Positions 13,076 through 25,725 of a stretch of DNA of 63,465 nucleotides are shown one piece after another. Positions within the stretch are counted from its first letter, which is position 1. The number at the start of each line of letters is the position of its first letter. Under the pieces are notes generated by a model, which saw only the letters and a list, made by a program, of their open reading frames with translations, had not been told where the DNA came from and made no database searches. Source of the DNA: Catajapyx aquilonaris (taxonomy: Eukaryota); the NCBI GenBank assembly GCA_000934665.2, contig JYFJ02002090.1, forward strand, positions 1 to 63,465. Reading direction: 5' to 3'. The translations under genes were made by a program, and so were the position numbers.

Positions 13076-16000
13076 ATGCCGCAACCAACAACCAGCAGTG
13101 CAGTAACCAGTCTGTGCTGGGTTAAAGATGCAAATGGTGAGTGTCTGCTCTGTTGCTTACCTTTGAACTTTACATTTAAAAAAAAATTGCATTTCATGCT
13201 CTTCCTCCCACCCCTTTCACTCCCAAATGTGACTGTAGGCCAGCCCCAGATGATCAAGATGATTCAGCCCTCCCAAAGTGAGCCAGTAGTCGCCTCCCTC
13301 CCAACCACTGCCGTCACAGTGTCCACAATGCAGCCCATGAAAGCAGGCACTGTGGTCACCACAAGCCAGCTTCCCACCAGGGTCGTTGCAGCAAGCAACT
13401 CCCAAATTGCCAGGGCAGCAACCTTCCAGACATTCCAGAGCCCAAAAGCTGGAGGGCAACGTAAGTGTTCTGTTCGGTTCTGTTTAACTGTGCTGCACTT
13501 GCTTCTCTCATCTTGAGTGTTTGTGGTGTCCTTACTGTATGTGGTACCTTGATTCCTTGGATGTGGAGTTTGCAAGATACATGACTTATGGTTATCCTTG
13601 TGAAACTTTAATACAGTGCATCTCACATCTTAAGCTTCCATACAGTTAGATTTGGAACTATGGGGTGGTGGTATGAAAGTGAATAAGAGAAAATCGTGGG
13701 TTATGTGTAGGTATTTACAAAAGAAAAACAGATATTTAATTTTTATGCTGTGTTCATACCGCAGGACATACGTTTGGGAATGGTACCACATCAGGTTGTG
13801 CTTATTATAATTGAAATTAATTATAATTGTTCTTGCTAAGCAAATGGCGTGGAATTATTGTGAAGATGTGAATTCCATCACCGATAGCAGACACATGCTA
13901 AGTATAATGCATAAATTCAACCAGTGCAGTGTTGTAGAATCTTGGGGGTTGCTCGTAGATATCTGAGATAACAGCTGATTTATTAGTCTGTAGAGTACCA
14001 TACTCCTGGGTTATGGATTTTTTAAAATACAGCACTGTTGCCTGCAGGGGTTCTGGGAAAGTTTTATGTATGAAAAAAATAGTTGAGTCAATTTATTACA
14101 ATCCTATTTCTTCGAGCACAACCCTATGATATTATGCCTTATTGAGTGACTTTACAAGTGGATAAAACGTGACTCATACCTACACACAATTTTCTCAGAC
14201 GGAACTGGGTACATCCAAGTATTGTGCAATGTTCTTGGCATGTGTACACTATAAATAATAAATAACAGGATGTCACATGACAAGCCTCTTGCCTTTAGTT
14301 AGGAGAATCTGCTTTGCAATACAGAACTTTAAGTGCTGCACTGCTCGTGGATTTTGTTAGTTGGAAGAAACAGGAACCCTGAGAAAATCCACATGCATAT
14401 GGAGAGAACCCATCAAAATTATTCTCGTGGGAGAAAATCCTCCACCCCACCCAGTGATCGAACAGTATCCCCGAAGTGGTATGGCATGGCTTAAAGAACT
14501 ATGCCACCTTGCTGCCAGAGTTGTTACATAAGTTGCAAAGGAATGTAAATACGACCCAAAGCCAGTTCTACATGGTGTTGGATGATAGATCAACAGTGGG
14601 GAGAAGTAATTACAGACTTCCAGGCACATATCTGTAGATTGAACTTTGAGGTAGTTATTAATGCATATCTAAAGCAGGCTTATGTTACATGCTGCCACTG
14701 AATACATTTACCTGCCATTTTAAGAATGTAGTCGCCTCAGTTGGAGCCAAAATTGCATGAATTCTGTTACACATAAATACTCATCCAATATATCATAAGA
14801 AAGCCTGATTCAAGCACTTGCTCTAGATGACAATAATTCTCAATGTCAGTGAGGAAATAAAGAAGATCAAGCTGTACATTAGGTTTTTTAATACTCCCAT
14901 TTTTAAGCGATTTGATGGAAAGAGCAAGATTGTGGATTGGCAGAATGTCCTATGTCGCATTTTTGAGGGGAGGAATTATGTATATGCACATAATGTTAAA
15001 ACTGCAATTGAAGAATATTGAAGTTGTTTTTAAGTGAACAATGAGATATTTGGAAAAAGCCTTTTTATGTCTCAACTGGAAGGCATTTAACTGCTTGCCA
15101 TCTTGAGGATCATTCAATGTTACAGTAATTTCTTTTTGATACATGAGCAGAACATTTAGGAAGTTGTGTGGAAATAGTTCAATCTGGCAACATTTGAGAT
15201 TATAAGGGTACAGAGTATATTTTAAGATAAGTTTATGAAACGTCATTTATGCCTTGTAACATTGTTGAAAAATTCTCCAGTCGTGCAGGAGTAGCATCAA
15301 GATCACTCTAGTCAATCTCACCTGAGGAAGCCAGCCTAGTCAAATCTTTGCCAACCAGGCATTTGGAGGTAGAGGGCAATCACATATTAAAGGTGTACAT
15401 CAAGGAATGGTGTCGCCCTTCAGCCGGTTAGATTCCAAAAAGCAGCAATGGAAAATATGCCATCAGATTTTCAATTTGATGATGTCAAATTTCATTAGCT
15501 TGAAATTGTAAACTGCCTGGATGAGCAACAGTTGTCAACCATTGTCAACACAATAACTGCTGCATCTACAACATGGACTAGATGTAGTTAATGACTTAAA
15601 GGCAATGAGTAATGTTGACTTGTTCCTTCTCTCTGTAGTAAAAACTTAGCGTGCTAGTTCAGTGGCAGAATTAGTTACAAAGTGGTCATGGTTTTATACG
15701 AGGAGTGATCAAAAAGTAAGGTCTCCAAGGCTGTAACCTTTATTCTGTATGAACACAAATGACGAAACTTACAGGGTACATGAGGACAATAGACATCTAC
15801 TCTTCTACATAGTTTCCACACTGAAGAACGCACTTATCCCATCGCCAGACCAGTTTCTCAATCCCTTCCCAATAGAAAGGGGTGCCCTGTTGACAGCACC
15901 AGTCACGCAGCCTTCTTCACCTCATATTCGCTTCGGAAATGCTGACCTGCCATGTCTGCTTTCAGGGCTCTGAATAAGTGATAGTCTGTGAGGGCTAGGT

Positions 16001-19000
16001 CGGGACTATAGGGTGGGTGAGGAAGAACTTCCCAGTCATATCCATTCAGCAAAGCCACGGTGTCCCTCGATGTGTCCGGACGGACGTTGTCGTGGAGAAA
16101 GATGACCCCAGCAGTGAGCAATCATGGTCGTTTCCACCTGATGGCCTTCTGCAACTTCGCCAGGGTCACTGCACTCCGAATTGATAGTCGCAACTTCCAG
16201 GATTGCTCACTGCTGGGGTCATCCTTCTCCACGACAACACCCGTCCGCACACATCGAGGGACACCATGGCTTTGCTGAATGGATATGACTGGGAAGTTCT
16301 TCCTCACCCACCTATAGTCCCGACCTAGCCCTCACAGACTATCACTTATTCAGAGCCCTGAAAGCAGACATGGCAGGTCAGCATTTCCGAAGCGACGATG
16401 AGGTGAAGAAGGCTGCGTGACTGGTGCTGTCAACAGGGCACCCCTTTCTATTGGGAAGGGATTGAGAAACTGGTCTGGCGATGGGATAAGTGCGTTCTTC
16501 GGTGTGGAAACTATGTAGAAAAGTCGATGTCCATTGTCCTCATGTACCCTGTAAGTTTTGTCATTTGTGTTCATACAGAATAAAGGTTACAGCCTTGGAG
16601 ACCTTACTTTTTGATCACTCCTCGTAGTGCCATGATGCCCCTGCTTTCATTTTGTTCTCTCTTTGTTTCTCCCCTTTAGTCCATATTTTCAAATGTTGTT
16701 GCTACCCAGGGGGGCTACCCAAGGTCAGGGAACCTAGGTTGAACTACCAGATTTGTCTGGTTTGCCACAGGCCCACATACAACTTCTTGGAAGAAGACTT
16801 GCTTGTAAGAATTCAACCTGAGAGATGATTGGGACAGATAGTAGCTCAGTTTTTAAAAATTCACACAAGACATTCTTAAAGCAAGGTTATAATATCATCC
16901 TCATCTAAAATGCAATGACTGCAATGTTCAATAATGTTGAGTTTTGTACATTCAGCTCCATTTGAGTATTGCATTGGACATGTACAGTATGCCAGTTATT
17001 GTCCATTGCAATAATTGTGAAATAATTTTGGCTAAGACCAGCAGATGTAAGTTATTTGAAACTGAAGGACTGCTACATTTATCAAGGAGATACTATTATT
17101 ATACTGAATTAGTGTTAGTGGTATCCAGTGGCACTCACTTCCTTGGCTGTAATTAGATGGTATGCTGATGGAACTGAATGGTGTACAAGTATGTAGAGTA
17201 CGTGGTATAGTAACATGCTGGAACATCACTTAAATCAGTTATGAGGGAATTTTTTTTAATGTTTATTTACCAACGTACACATTGCATGACATTCCCATAT
17301 AACACTCAGGGGGCTCGGATGGGTAGGAGATAAGACAAAGCAAGCACATTTGTGCCACTTGATGCAGGACTTGCTGAGGGCTTAGTAGTGCTGGAGAGTT
17401 GTACAGAGTTGCCTTGAAGATTGTGAGCCTGTAACAGCTCTTGCATTTTACTTAGGTTACAAAGTTGAGCTACAGTTGGGTGTATAACACTTCCTGTTAA
17501 TTCTAACATGGTGTTGACATTTCTGTGATTACACTTTGATTACTTAGCCTGTGAATGTAGTGTGATGCAGGAATTATTAACAAAATTTTATGTGCATACT
17601 TACTGCTTGTAAACTTCATGCCATTATTTACATTTTTCTGTGCACACTAGTATATCTGCTCAGCATTGGATGGTGTGCTGACGTAACATGATGGTTGACT
17701 TCATGACTGTAGATTAAGTAGGACAGAATGAACGTAACCACATGCTCCTTTACACTGACTGTGAGTCACATTTGTATCATGAGTTATTTTTCAGTGGGAA
17801 GTCCCACAAGCTATTAGCACACAGTGCCCATGAAAAGAAGTGTTTAAATATAAACTAGGGTAAGGTGTTAAGACCTGTTACATGACTTCATTCCATATTT
17901 TTCGTGTGCTCTTGCACTTTGGTCTTATTGATCAGTTTGTGCCCCTGTCAAGAAGCAGTGCTGCTACATGATTTGAAGCTTGAAAGTTTGAAAAAGCAAT
18001 TCTACATTCATATTTATTTACATAGGTAGGCAGGTGGAAGGGTTGTGCAAACTTAGCTTTGTAAACTATAATTCCATATATTCACTATGGGTGGAAATTT
18101 CGTCTCATTGCTCGTTACTGCTAACTTAGCAGTACAGTACCCTGCATTAATGGCTATGCACAGACATCGCCACCTCGCGGAAATAAGCAACGGCGGCTGC
18201 GTCCAAAATACTTACACAGTTGAAGGTATCATGGTGGATTCAAACGCTTGCTACAAAGATATATCTGTGGGATGGATTATAAGGCCATTGCGATTCCCAT
18301 CAATCTTGTGAACCAGTTATTACATGGACCACGTATTGTTATTTCATGTTTAATGTGCGGCTGTATAGGGGACTTTTTGGAGTGCATGTAAACAGTATCA
18401 CTCTACTCTCATTATTTCGCTTTTTAATTCAGAAGCTATCTACAAGGAAGGGGTAGGATCTGCTGGGCTTGACAAGAAATGTCATCCATTGCCAATCATT
18501 AGTAGGAGTCATAAGGGAGTCTCTCGAATGTCACCTATACCCAATCTTTTGCACCACCCTATATGACTTGCTTCGTTTTACTACAGTGTATTAAAAACTC
18601 CTGAATATACAGGGTGATTATGTCGAATGGAAACCCAAACATTCCTCAATAACTTTTTACCTATGGTATGGTTCCCGATGAAAATTGACATGTACCTACC
18701 TTGTATCATGCCAAACAAGGTACTGCTAAGTTAGCAGTAACTAGCAGTGGGGCAAAAATCTCACCCTATACCTTGTGGCCTTCACTGCCTCAGCTACTGA
18801 AATAAACCATATACACACACACCAAACCTGCAACCAGTAGTCTCTTATCTCTCTTTCTCACAGTGGTACAGTCACGATCATAATGATGGAGATGGATTTG
18901 GTAAGGCGTTGCAACTAGTTCCACGTCAAACTGGTTGGCTATGCTCTAATGTGAATGTGCAGTAGCAGATACATAATCTTGACATCTACTATGCTATGGG

Positions 19001-22000
19001 CAAGCTTATTTTTGCATTGAGGGAGAAACAGCATCAATTTTACACCAAACTTGATGGAGCTTCTTACAAGTCCACCTCCATCATTTTGGTACTCCAGTAT
19101 TCCAGTATAGTGTCATGGGGCATTGTTGCACAGGGTTTTGGCAAAGCTTTTAGGAAGTGAGAGGATTGTGAGCAAAGTGAAGAGGGAGTCGTGCACTAGT
19201 TCCCTTATTGTAGACACATCTTTCAATTGGTGTGCAAGCATTAATCTGTGTGTTGTATGGCAAGGCAAAATATGTGTAAACTATTTTTATTTTTATTTTG
19301 TTCACCTTTCCTTCTGTATTTCATGTTAAATTTCTTGGCCTACGCTTACCTGTACTTCTCCAATACTTACTTTTGTGCTTATAAATGTGCCACATTGTAC
19401 TGCACCCACAGCACTGATGTGTTAGTGGAATCACCCTGTCCTTTGAAAATGTGTTTATATTGTGTGTGACAGAAATTGGAAATAATCTACCAGGACAAAC
19501 AGAATTCTGTATTGGACAAGCTTCGCCTGTGTCCAAGATCCATTGAAGATGTGTTTCATTGCACAACATGATAATTTTCTGTCCTCTGAACATACTGTGC
19601 ATGACGCCGAGGTAATGTGGAAAGGATAATGTATGCCATGGAGAGGGTGTGCCCTATAGGGGTTACAGGTGATATTTTAAGGGCAGAACTTTTTCAGTAC
19701 CATGTAATGTTATCGGACTGTGCCAAGGATGTTCCTACCAAGGATTATTAAGGATTCCCACAGATTAGCTGGCAGCCTGTAACTAAACTATCAGTCAGCA
19801 AGTAGCATTATCTTTTACTTTGTAATTAATAACCCAAGTAGCTGAGTTGCAGGAGTGATGTGCAGCATAGCTGGTCACTTAAAGGGACACTCCACTCAAA
19901 AACCAAGTTGGGTTCTAAAAATAGGGCAAAAAATCCTGATTCCCAGGGTAGAAGCAGTTTTTCTGAGAGACGAACGGTAAGGCCAGGGTGAGCCGTCAAA
20001 GTCTCAGAATTTGCGTCAATGAGCTGCCCCGCCAGTCTAGCCAGCCCCACTAGTCCGCGCCGGGTACTAGGCGAAACTGGTTTAGTCCTGAAAGTCAGGT
20101 CTGGTCGGGAGGTGGCCAGATGAAGACTGTGGCCAGGACCAAAGATAGCGTCGCACGTGGCGTTGACCGGCGTAGACCAAAGGTGGCTGAGGATTATCCC
20201 AATTTCTGCCCAGACCCGGGAGAGGCGCTGCTCTTTTGTGCCAGATTTGAATTGCCGAACTTTGACGGCTCGCCCTGCCCTTACCGTTCGTGTCTCAGGA
20301 AAACTGCTTATACCCTCGGAATCAGGATTGTATGACCGATTTTTAGAGCCCAACTTGTATTTTGAGTGGAGTGTCCCTTGAACTTTGGGCTGCCTTTGGA
20401 ATGTCTTACAATGGACCACCTGCTGTTGTCATCTAGAGATAGTTCAGTTATGAATGCCAAGCAAGAGCTGATTGTGACACCTAATGCCAGTGGTGGTCTT
20501 CAGTCACATTATGATTACAGAACCCTTTAGCCTTCCCAAACTTTGCCAGATTCCTTGACAATAATGCTCCCTGGTGGCATTTTGTGCACATCAAAGAACA
20601 GAATAATTCTCTCCTCTATTTAATGCACCATTGTGGTTGGGTGTGCAGTTTATACTTTCTTGGTGTGTGGACCCAAGAAGAACTAACTGTCCCTATTTAT
20701 ATTTGAATATTTGCCAGGCCCATATTGCCTAGTCATTTCCGTGGATGTATTGCGGACCCTTTGGGCAGGCCCATACACCCCTGAAAGGTTTGCTGACCAC
20801 GGGTTGAAGACCAGTGCTTTATGCTATTCCAAGCAAAATTACAATTAGAGTGGTTAGTTTTACTGATGGTACTTCACCTGTGGTAGGAAAATTGTAGATC
20901 CATATGTGCTGGTATTTTATTAAACACATGCTCCTGGGACAAGATCAGACATCATAGGGATTGGCTTAGGATTGATCACTCTTCTCTTACCCCATTTTGT
21001 GCTCTTGTATGGGCCAGTTGCACCAGTACAGGGTTCAGTAGAAATATCAGCTTCTCAGTATAACTTGTGGTCTCTGTTTTATGGTCTGGTGCACAGTCCA
21101 ATATAAGGTCTCACAACTCCCTGCCCCTATGCATGAGCTTAGTTGCGCACGGGCTTGGCTGATTTGGCGCTGATGTCGTCCACGGAGCACTACGGTCTGT
21201 GTTCGGGTGGCTGGTGGACAGCTGCTGTTCGATCCACGGGTCCACGCACGGGTCTATCTGTGCTTCGTTCGATCTGGTTCAGAAAAGCGTCCTCCCGCAC
21301 GTGACCAGTTGTGCTCTGTGGAGCGACCCCAGCGCCAAATAGAACATTCTGCCGTGGGGGGGAGCTCTACTAAGCTGACACCCTTCCCCGTAGGGCTACA
21401 TAGGGAGTTATGGGGGCTGGTCTGGTGCAATTGGACTCGAGCTTTTTCCCATCAGAAACAGATTGGGATACATTAAGGATATGTTATTCCGATTGAATTC
21501 AGTGTTCTTGTAGCAAGCTATCGATGGTTGCTCACAAGTGACATGTTGTGAAAGGTAGCACTATGTTTTTATTCTATTCTTAATGATGGCACATTATTTG
21601 TGACCTAGAAAACTGTGAACTGTTTTACACAAACTTTGTTGATTTGTTAGTGTTTTTTATTGATACCTGTATAACATTGACAAGCATGCACTGCTAATAT
21701 CTTTTCAGGCACACAGATTGTGGCGATTTCAATCCCGACATCTAGTGCAGGGAAGGTTGGGGGACAGAAAATTGATCCCACCATTCTGCCTAAGACTATA
21801 CAAATCTCTTCGCCAATGGTGAGTGATGATTTTTGAAATCGGGTTTTGAGAGGCATTCAGGTTACTTATTGCTTTGGCTATCGATGCCTGTATAATCTTT
21901 TCTCTAACCAAAAAAGGGTGCAATGAGTGACAGGCTGCCAAAGGGGAGGCAGATACCTTGTCTAATGGCTGTCGGACGTGGTGGTCCGTTTCAGGTGTTC

Positions 22001-23898
22001 AGCGCCCCTCACCGCCTGATGGCCCACTCCCTAGCCTCTGCCCCTGCCACCCCAAAGCAGAATTACATCTCACCAATTCTGGACCATAGTGGGGCCAGGA
22101 AGAGGCAGGACATAGACTGCGACTATGCCCTAGAGAGGTAAGTCTAGGTTTGTGGCCACGTGTTGAACTGTAATTTTAATGATTGTGGTCTTTCAGCAAA
22201 AGGAGGAAGGCGGAGAAGGTGGGAAAGGGGCTGCGACACTTTTCCATGAAGGTGTGCGAGAAAGTACAGCGCAAGGGAACCACCTCGTACAATGAGGTGG
22301 CTGATGAGCTGGTGGCAGAGTTCACCAATGCTGCAGTTCCCATGTCCACTGCTGATCAGGTGTGCAGTTGTACAGATTACTTCTCATTGTTTCATACTGG
22401 CATTACCCAGGCATTGCTCCTGTTATGAGTTTTCTGTTGTACTTACACTCATTGTGAGTTGCCAATTGAATGTAGTACATAGAACTTATGCCTTATAACA
22501 TCCTCCTAACATGGGGATCTGCAAGTCTAATAATTGTAAGTGAGGTATACATCAAGCTGTAATCCATGATTTAACCACTTGCTGTCTTGCTCCAGCAATA
22601 TGATCAGAAGAATATCCGAAGGCGCGTGTATGACGCTTTGAATGTTCTGATGGCCATGAACATAATCTCCAAGGAGAAGAAGGAGATTAAGTGGCTGGGC
22701 TTGCCGGCCAACTCTCTCCAAGAGTGCCAGAACCTGGAGAAGGAGAAAGTGAAGCGGATGGAGAGGATACGGCAAAAGAACCAGCAGCTGCACGAACTCA
22801 TCCTACAACAAATCGCCTTCAAGAACCTGGTGGAGAGGAACCAGAAGCAGGAGCAGAGGGGCCTGTCTGCCGCACACAGCAGCATTCAGCTGCCCTTTGT
22901 TGTTGTCAATACCAACAAGAAGACAGTCATTGACTGCAGCATTTCCAAAGACAAGTGAGTAATATAGGGGAAAGGGAGTTGCTTGTCCATGTGGAGCCTA
23001 TAACCTGCTGACTTATTTTTTGCAGGATGGAGTACCTGTTTAAATTTGACCACACGTTTGAAGTTCATGATGATATTGAAGTTCTGAAACGGATGGGCCT
23101 CGCTATGGGTATGAGTGTTGTGGTGCTTTTGCTTCATTTCTTCATTGATTGTGCAATTATATATTACAGGATTGGAGAAGGGTCAATGCTCGGAGGAGGA
23201 CAAAGAGAGGGCTAAGGCCATGGTCCCAAGATCTCTGGACAAATACATCAATCGTGAGGAACCAATTAGTTGATACAAAGCAATACCTTCAATGTGGATC
23301 ATAGAGGCCGATTTTGTGCGGACCTTAAATAATGAATTCCACAGGCTTTTATGAGGGAATGAATACATGGCAATGTGTCATTACCTGCCATTAATTTCCA
23401 TTGAAAAATACAGACATTACTCTGCATGCACTGGAATTGATTGCCTTCTGCAGCTAGGTGGTGATATTGGTGTAAATGTCCAAGGGCTGTAAACTCTTTC
23501 GCCCTCATTTCAGTCACAGCATGTCAATGCCTGAATACCAAAGTTTTTCTTTCTCTCTGCATGTTGTGAACAGAAAGGTCCAGCCAGAGCATTTAAAGTT
23601 GCTAATTTGTTAATCTCTGTAAATGCCAGAGTTGGCAAGTGGCCAGTGGGAGCCCCAGCTGAACATCAAGTTGGAAGAAGACTCTGAAATCTCAGTGGAC
23701 GACCAGGCCGAGGATGACACAGAAGAGATGGAGGAGGAAGGCAATTCACAGCAGGCCGGAACGGCCAGCCTCTCCCGAGATTCGGGGATGTCCTCTTACC
23801 CTGACCAGTACGGAGTCGAGACTGGCTCTCCCTCGTCCAGCTGTGGTGACTTCAGTGATAACGAATCTGACTTTTCTGAGGATGTGGAGGTCAACTGA
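13076..23898 (+). CDS. Dp: Transcription factor Dp (E2F dimerisation partner), ~497 aa, 9 coding exons
   Basis: Exons 13076-13136, 13239-13460, 21709-21818, 21995-22137, 22197-22359, 22596-22954, 23026-23108, 23170-23253, 23630-23898; all GT-AG, phases consistent, total 1494 nt. Motifs [38 protein letters not shown] (DEF box), LPFVVVNT...IDCSIS, acidic tail. Confidence 0.93.
15699..16624. mobile_element. Mariner-derived fold-back element: two inverted copies of a mariner 3' end
   Basis: TA|CGAGGAGTGATCAAAAAGTAAGG ... CCTTACTTTTTGATCACTCCTCG|TA; arms ~15699-16123 and 16201-16624 nearly identical; carries transposase C-terminal remnant FLHDNVRP...[21 protein letters not shown]. Confidence 0.93.
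18610..18768. mobile_element. Degenerate Tc1/mariner-type MITE
   Basis: TA|CAGGGTGA ... TCACCCTA|TA; short, imperfect TIR only. Confidence 0.4.
19883..20378. mobile_element. Non-autonomous DNA transposon with ~125-bp imperfect TIRs, Kolobok-like
   Basis: TTAA|AGGGACACTCCACTCAAAA ... TTTTGAGTGGAGTGTCCCT|TGAA; purine-purine terminus with TTAA-type target site. Confidence 0.75.
21014..21447 (+). ncRNA. Candidate intronic structured RNA of unknown class
   Basis: Nested complementary segments forming a long rod with many G-U pairs on the + strand; AGAACA (H-box-like) 21341-21346 and ACA 21398-21400; T5 run at 21443-21447. Confidence 0.5.
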
Positions 23899-24573
23899 GA
23901 GGGAGGGATCAGATGATACTGGGGGGTGCAAAGCTAGAAAGAGAGAGAGAGAGAGCAAGAGAAAGGGTGTTTGGAGCCCATCCACCATCAACACATCAAT
24001 TGTGAATGTGTGAATGAGTGTGGTTAATCATTTTTTTGTTCAGGGATAAAAATGGGTGTTTCAAAAATGGAAAGTGGGGTTTGGGAGGGTTGGTTTTTTT
24101 TTCCGTCAAAAATGAAGGGTGGGGATATATTTGCCAACTATATAGGTTATGAGTTATTAGTCTAAAGATCATAACTTGCAAGGCCATTTTTTAAAAACCA
24201 CTCCCAACCTTTCTACGTTTAAGAAAAGCATACACAGATAAAAATATTTGATGCTTGAAAGAAAAAACAAGTAGTGTATATTTTTCTCACTCTAAAAAAA
24301 GCTTAAAAAAAAGTGAATGAAGAGAAGTTGTAAGTTCAAAGTGGTCCACCTCTATACAAAATGCTGTTTTATAGGCTACAGAGCGAGCGAGAGGAGGCGT
24401 AGTACAACAATTTAAAAGCACATTTAATTAACTGTATGCATGAGTACGTGAATCGTAGGTTTAAAGAAGAGAAAAGAGGAGAGATTTTTTTGTAGGCGTC
24501 CCCATTCTAGCGTGGCTCTGTCTATCTCGTTCCAGAGGCACACTTCATATTTTTGGTGTTTTTTTTTTTTCCC

Positions 24574-24612
24574 CCTTCCTCCTCCTCCTCCTCCTCCTCC
24601 TCCTCCTCCTCC
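24574..24612 (+). repeat. (CCT)n microsatellite in the putative Dp 3' UTR
   Basis: About 12 CCT units after a T-run; AATAAA further downstream at ~25310. Confidence 0.85.
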
Positions 24613-25725
24613 CCATGACATGTCTCTGGTTCGACAGCAGCAGAGTCGCTGGAAATGTCATTTTAGACAAATCAACTGCCGGGATTTAAATGATGCCATT
24701 TGCACCATTAAACAAGCTAAAAACAAAACCAAAAAAAATTTGACAAGAACAAATGTGAGTTTAGATTGTATTTGTGTAAAACATGAGGAGGATTGTTTAT
24801 GGAGAGGGGTTGCTGGCATGTTCTCCTTTTTTAACAATTTTATCAACTTTTTTAAAAGGGGGGGTGGGACTGGGAGGGGGGATGGGAGAGAGGGAGATGA
24901 CAATATAGTTAAATGTGAAGGTCACCAAGTGTCCTGGCGAGTTTATTTTGGGGTGGGGAGGGTATGGGCGAGAGTGAAAAAGTTAAGAGAATATGATCTT
25001 TGCTGTCCATGTGCACGAATTAGTCTTGGAAAGTTTTTTTTTTCCAATCCTGTTTATTTGGATAAACTGTTTTTAATGTCCTCTTAATGCACACTGTTCA
25101 CCACACACAAACACCATGATTAAGAAAGAAAAAGCGATCACACACACCGGTTAATGTTCTGATTGTTACCCACAATTTGGCTTTTTTGCTAACTAACAGT
25201 ATCCCACAGTTTTTGAGATTTATTTTTTAGTTTCTTTTTTTCCCCCCTCCTTTTTGACTTTCAATATATTGAGTTTACAATATTTTGCACCCTGATGAAA
25301 ATTTGTCAAAATAAAAAAACCATGTGACTAGCCAGTGCACCAAACTTTTCTTTGGTGTATCCGTGACTAGTATATTAAGTAATAAAGGGTCAAGAAGTGG
25401 AGTACATCTGACTTGTCATTTGCATGGTTTTTATGACCTTGTTATTCCTGCTGTCATTACTATAATTAGAAGTGTAATTACTGTGTCTCTTTCCCGCCAC
25501 GCCGCTGCGCAGCTTCCCACCCACTCCCCCTGTTCCCCCCGCCCTCCGATACCGTATTCGAGAGCGGGAGATCCCGAGCACATGTGGCAAGTGGCACCAC
25601 TGCTGGCCCCCCCCGGATGTTGGCAACCCTTTTTTTTGTGTTGCATTTCCGTCTGGCTACCTTGTTGTCCAGGCTCCGCCCACTTTTTGATTGAAAGATG
25701 GCCGCCTCTGCTGGGCGCTGAAGCC

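Noticed and set aside
15749..16574. Autonomous mariner transposase
   Set aside because: Only C-terminal remnants with stops and frameshifts; no N-terminal DNA-binding region.
19826..20419. 197-aa ORF
   Set aside because: Spans the inverted repeats of the non-autonomous Kolobok-like element; no transposase motif.
20900..21447. Telomerase RNA (H/ACA-like 3' domain in an intron)
   Set aside because: No TTAGG/TTAGGG-complementary template (CCTAACC-like), no convincing pseudoknot and no canonical P6.1 loop found by eye; kept only as an unclassified structured-RNA candidate.
24512..25087. 191-aa ORF with polyproline
   Set aside because: Arises from the (CCT)n microsatellite in the Dp 3' UTR; non-ATG start.
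25324..25725. N-terminal extension of SiaT suggested by the ORF track
   Set aside because: GTG start; ATG 25726 gives the expected short cytoplasmic tail plus TM anchor.
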